DNA of 64,000 nucleotides from Plasmodiophora brassicae (Eukaryota): NCBI GenBank assembly GCA_036867785.1, contig CP145415.1, positions 806,001 to 870,000 of the forward strand, read 5' to 3'. Shown piece by piece: positions 60,797 to 64,000 of this stretch (position 1 is its first letter; each line of letters starts with the position of its first letter). The notes under the pieces were generated by a model. It saw only the letters and a program-made list of their open reading frames with translations, ran no database searches and was not told where the DNA came from. The position numbers and the translations under genes were made by a program.

Positions 60797-61889
60797 TTAG
60801 TTTGCGAACTTCGCAGAGCGGCCGGGATGATAGCCATAACGGTCCGATTCTTGTTCATGGACAGCGTGCCCCATAGCAGACTCGGCTGCAGGTGGAACAT
60901 CGTCGCGCATCCTTTGCAGAACCGCTGATCGTAACGATCTGGCGTTGCCGATAAATCCGGCAACCGAGCCGTTCCAGCCGATCGTGCCGTCAGCATTCAG
61001 ATACAGAATGTCGGTCGCCCATGAGTCCAAGCTCTCTTCCAGGATGTGGGTCGCGTAGATTACGGTTGCTTTACGTTCGCCCGTGGATTCGCCCTTTATG
61101 TACTCCAAGAAATCGGTACGGTAGACGAGGTCCAGCGACGCGGTGACTTCGTCGAGCAGGAGAACGTCCCATGGCGGTATCAACTTTATGAAGAGATGGG
61201 CGCGACGGCGCTGACCATCCGACAACTAGCACAGAGCCCCAGTCAGCGTTAATACGATCAACACAGAGCACCCGGCCAGACCATGGGTACCGACCAGTCC
61301 AGGTCAACACCTAGGACCCGTTGTAGAAGCGCCGCACGATCTGGATACGCGGAGCGCTCTGCGTTAACTCGACATCAGACGGCCGGACCACGCGTAGACC
61401 AACGATACCTACGCTTGACGGTCATCTCAGCGACAGTCAGGTCTGACGTTGGGTTGATGTCGCGACCTGTCCACGAGTAAAAACATGGCCAAATCCAGCA
61501 AACGGCGGTCTGGAATTACCCGAGAAAGCCACAGTATGTTGTCCCCAGAAATTGGACACGTAAACCCGCCGCGTGTCGCCTAGGCTAGCATCAAACGAGT
61601 CGTACCCAAGGACACGCACAGCATCCGGTGGCGATATCATCCGGGACCCGGCAATGATTCTGTCGCGAGCAGTCGATACATCAGGATCGTCACTTCGCAC
61701 GCGCTCCGAGCCCGCCGACGATTACTGCAGAAGCGTGCTCTTCCCGGCGCCATTCCTCCCACACAGAAGAACGCGGGACCCCGTTTCGACTTTAAAACTC
61801 ACACCTTTCAACGTTCGGTCCTTTGCCCATACATGCTGGAAGGACAGGTCGCGAACGACTATTGCCGGGGGCTCGCCGCAAACGTCCAT
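60797..61889 (-). CDS. CAF16: Soluble ABC ATPase, CAF16/ABCI20-like, multi-exon
   Basis: GSRVLLCGRNGAGKSTLL, SDGQRRR, VLLLDEVTASLDL, ATVIYATHI; no TM domain. Confidence 0.88.
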
Positions 61890-62052
61890 CCCGGGGGGCA
61901 ACCAGCGCGCAACTACACGTCCGCGGCAGCCTCCACAGGGCGGCTGAGTGGCTGACACTTCAAAGGGCGCCAAACTCGACTCGTAATTTTTGGGTTTCGT
62001 GGCCGGGGTTGCAGTTGAGGGGTCCGGGCAGGGCGACGTCGTTTGCCTGCCG

Positions 62053-64000
62053 ATGTTCAGTCCAGCGACGCCGTCGCGTAGGCATACGCTGATTCGGGCC
62101 GGCCATGGCGACGTCATCGCTGCCATCGGCGCCGCTCAGCTGCATCGGGTGCCGGTGGCGGACGGCGCGCCGAAGAACCGGAAGATGGCCCTGCTCGAGT
62201 GGCAGCGCGCCAGACGAGCCGGCGCCGCGGTCAATAACGAGAACCTGACGCCGAATACGTTGAGTACCCATCCAAAGCCGATTGAGTCGAAACCGGCTCG
62301 ATCTGGACCGTCTTCGCGGTCAAAACAGCGTCTCGCTTCAGACGGGAAAACGAAGAGCGCTCGAGCCCTGTCTGCTGCTCCTGTCAACATCGCCGTGAAA
62401 GATTCGTCTTCTGAAGACGCTGTCGGCCCTCCTGTTAAATCAAGTGTATCGACTCGAACTTCTGCTGCCAGTGTTGCAGTGCAAACGGATGCCGAGCCCG
62501 GGCGGGAAGTTGACGCGTCGACGAGGGTCAATCATATTACGCATTCCCTTCGCGTTTGGAGTTTAGAGCGTCAGGTCGATCGGCTTCTGCTTCAACGCTG
62601 CTTTGTTGATTGGCGCGACCTGCATCTCCGCGCGCAGAACGAGTCCAGGGAGCTGTCGCTTCATCAGTACGTCGTTGACCTTGAGAGGCAGTTGGCTGAA
62701 GCACAGCAGCGCGCTCGTCAACACGAAGACGTTCGTCGATCGCTTCATGCACAGTTGCAGGATGCTCTTGGCTCGATTCGCGTGATGGCTCGTTTCCGTC
62801 CGGCACGACCTGGCATCGACACTACCGAGGGGCTCGCCATCAAACCGTGCACAGACTCTTTCGGCTATGACGTTGTTGTGCATGGTCCCAACAAGATCCA
62901 CACGTTAGTGACTCCTGACTTCGATGACTTCCGCCCGACTGACAATTGGATAGGTTTCGTCTGGATCACGTTTTCGAGACAGCGGATGCGCAGGAAGCGG
63001 TGTTCGCGTCCGTCCGCGATCTTATTCAGACAAGCTGCGACGGTTACAATGTTAACATCTTCGCGTATGGTGCGACCAATTCTGGGAAAACGTCCGTGCC
63101 ACACGTCTACGATCTTGAAATCACGCGCTGACACAACATTCAGGCACACGTTGGTCGGCCCCGATGACGGTTCGTCATGCGGCATCATATCGAGATCCGT
63201 GGAAGTCGTGTTTTCTGAATTGGGTCGTCTGGCCACTGAGTACAACGAGGCACGGTAAATCGAGGTATTAACGCGCCCCCCACCTAATGAGCACGTTTCA
63301 GGAATCTGAAATCCACGTCACCTATGTGGAGATATACAACGACACTTTGTACGATCTGTTCAAGCCGGACTCGCAGGTTGACTTAAGGACAAACCCTGGT
63401 AAGGATGCTGGCTCTGATCCCAAACACGTCGTTGACCACTTTGCTTTTAGACGGCACTACCTACTGCCGCAATATAAGCCGACATCAGGTGACGACTCCT
63501 GAAGAACTCCACGAGCGCTTACGCGAAGCCCAGACCAACCGAACGTTCCGCGAAACACAGTTCAATGTTGGTGGTGCACTTGTGTTCTGCGTTTATGTAG
63601 CCCCTAAACCTGCGTGCAGGAATGCTCTTCGCGGAGCCATTGCATCTTGCAGTTGTGGATGTCGTCGAAGTCTCGCTCGTCTTGCCTTTCATTTGTTGAC
63701 CTCGCGGGAAGCGAATGCCTCGGCTCTTCGGCAACAGGAGACGCGAGCTCCATCAAGGAAACGCTCCACATCAATCGTAGTTTGAACAGCCTGGGCACAT
63801 GTATCCAGGTAACGATGCCAACGTGAGGTATAGGACTGCGTCTGACTCGACGTAGGCACTGGCAACACAAGCGTCCTATGTCCCGTATCGAGACTGCAAG
63901 TTGACGAGACTCATGTCTGATGCCTTGGGCGGCCAATCGAAGACGCTATTCCTTATTACCGCCTCTCCCGAAGCTGGAGACACTCTTCAGACCATTGCAA
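62053..64000 (+). CDS. Kinesin-14 (C-terminal motor, KIFC/Kar3-like), multi-exon, runs off window end
   Basis: Neck RRSLHAQLQDALGSIRVMARFRP, FRLDHVF, DGYNVNIFAYGATNSGKT, YVEIYND, SSRSH, VDLAGSE, INRSLNSLG, VPYRDCKLTRLM. Confidence 0.92.

Overview
Gene-dense, GC-rich eukaryotic nuclear DNA with many ~50-70 nt spliceosomal introns, so most six-frame ORFs are exon fragments or shadows. Centriole/tubulin genes, secreted ankyrin and Cys-rich proteins, and plant-like RING/LEA_2 genes suggest a flagellated protist, possibly a plasmodiophorid such as Plasmodiophora (inference only). About 30 genes are recognisable, including ADAT3, a cytosolic carboxypeptidase, ERV1, HSF, NBAS/Sec39, a two-pore channel, DAP1, TMEM260, POC5, ISWI, NudC, CAF16 and kinesin-14. 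The standout is 43235-45271 (-): a stand-alone, intact, nucleus-encoded group II intron maturase (RT-X-HNH, ~638 aa). It has two spliceosomal introns, a mitochondrial-presequence-like N-terminus, a decayed RT active site (YADD->HADQ) and no room for a ribozyme. It looks like a domesticated trans-acting organellar splicing factor analogous to plant nMATs. Other notable features: a run of six signal-peptide/membrane genes (10.1-16.2 kb) including a secreted PI4K-gamma-like kinase; a decayed inverted copy of part of that run (38.2-40.9 kb); two fold-back loci made of transposon-like 5' coding fragments; and a small TE graveyard (51.6-53.8 kb). Multi-exon boundaries were worked out by eye and are approximate unless stated.
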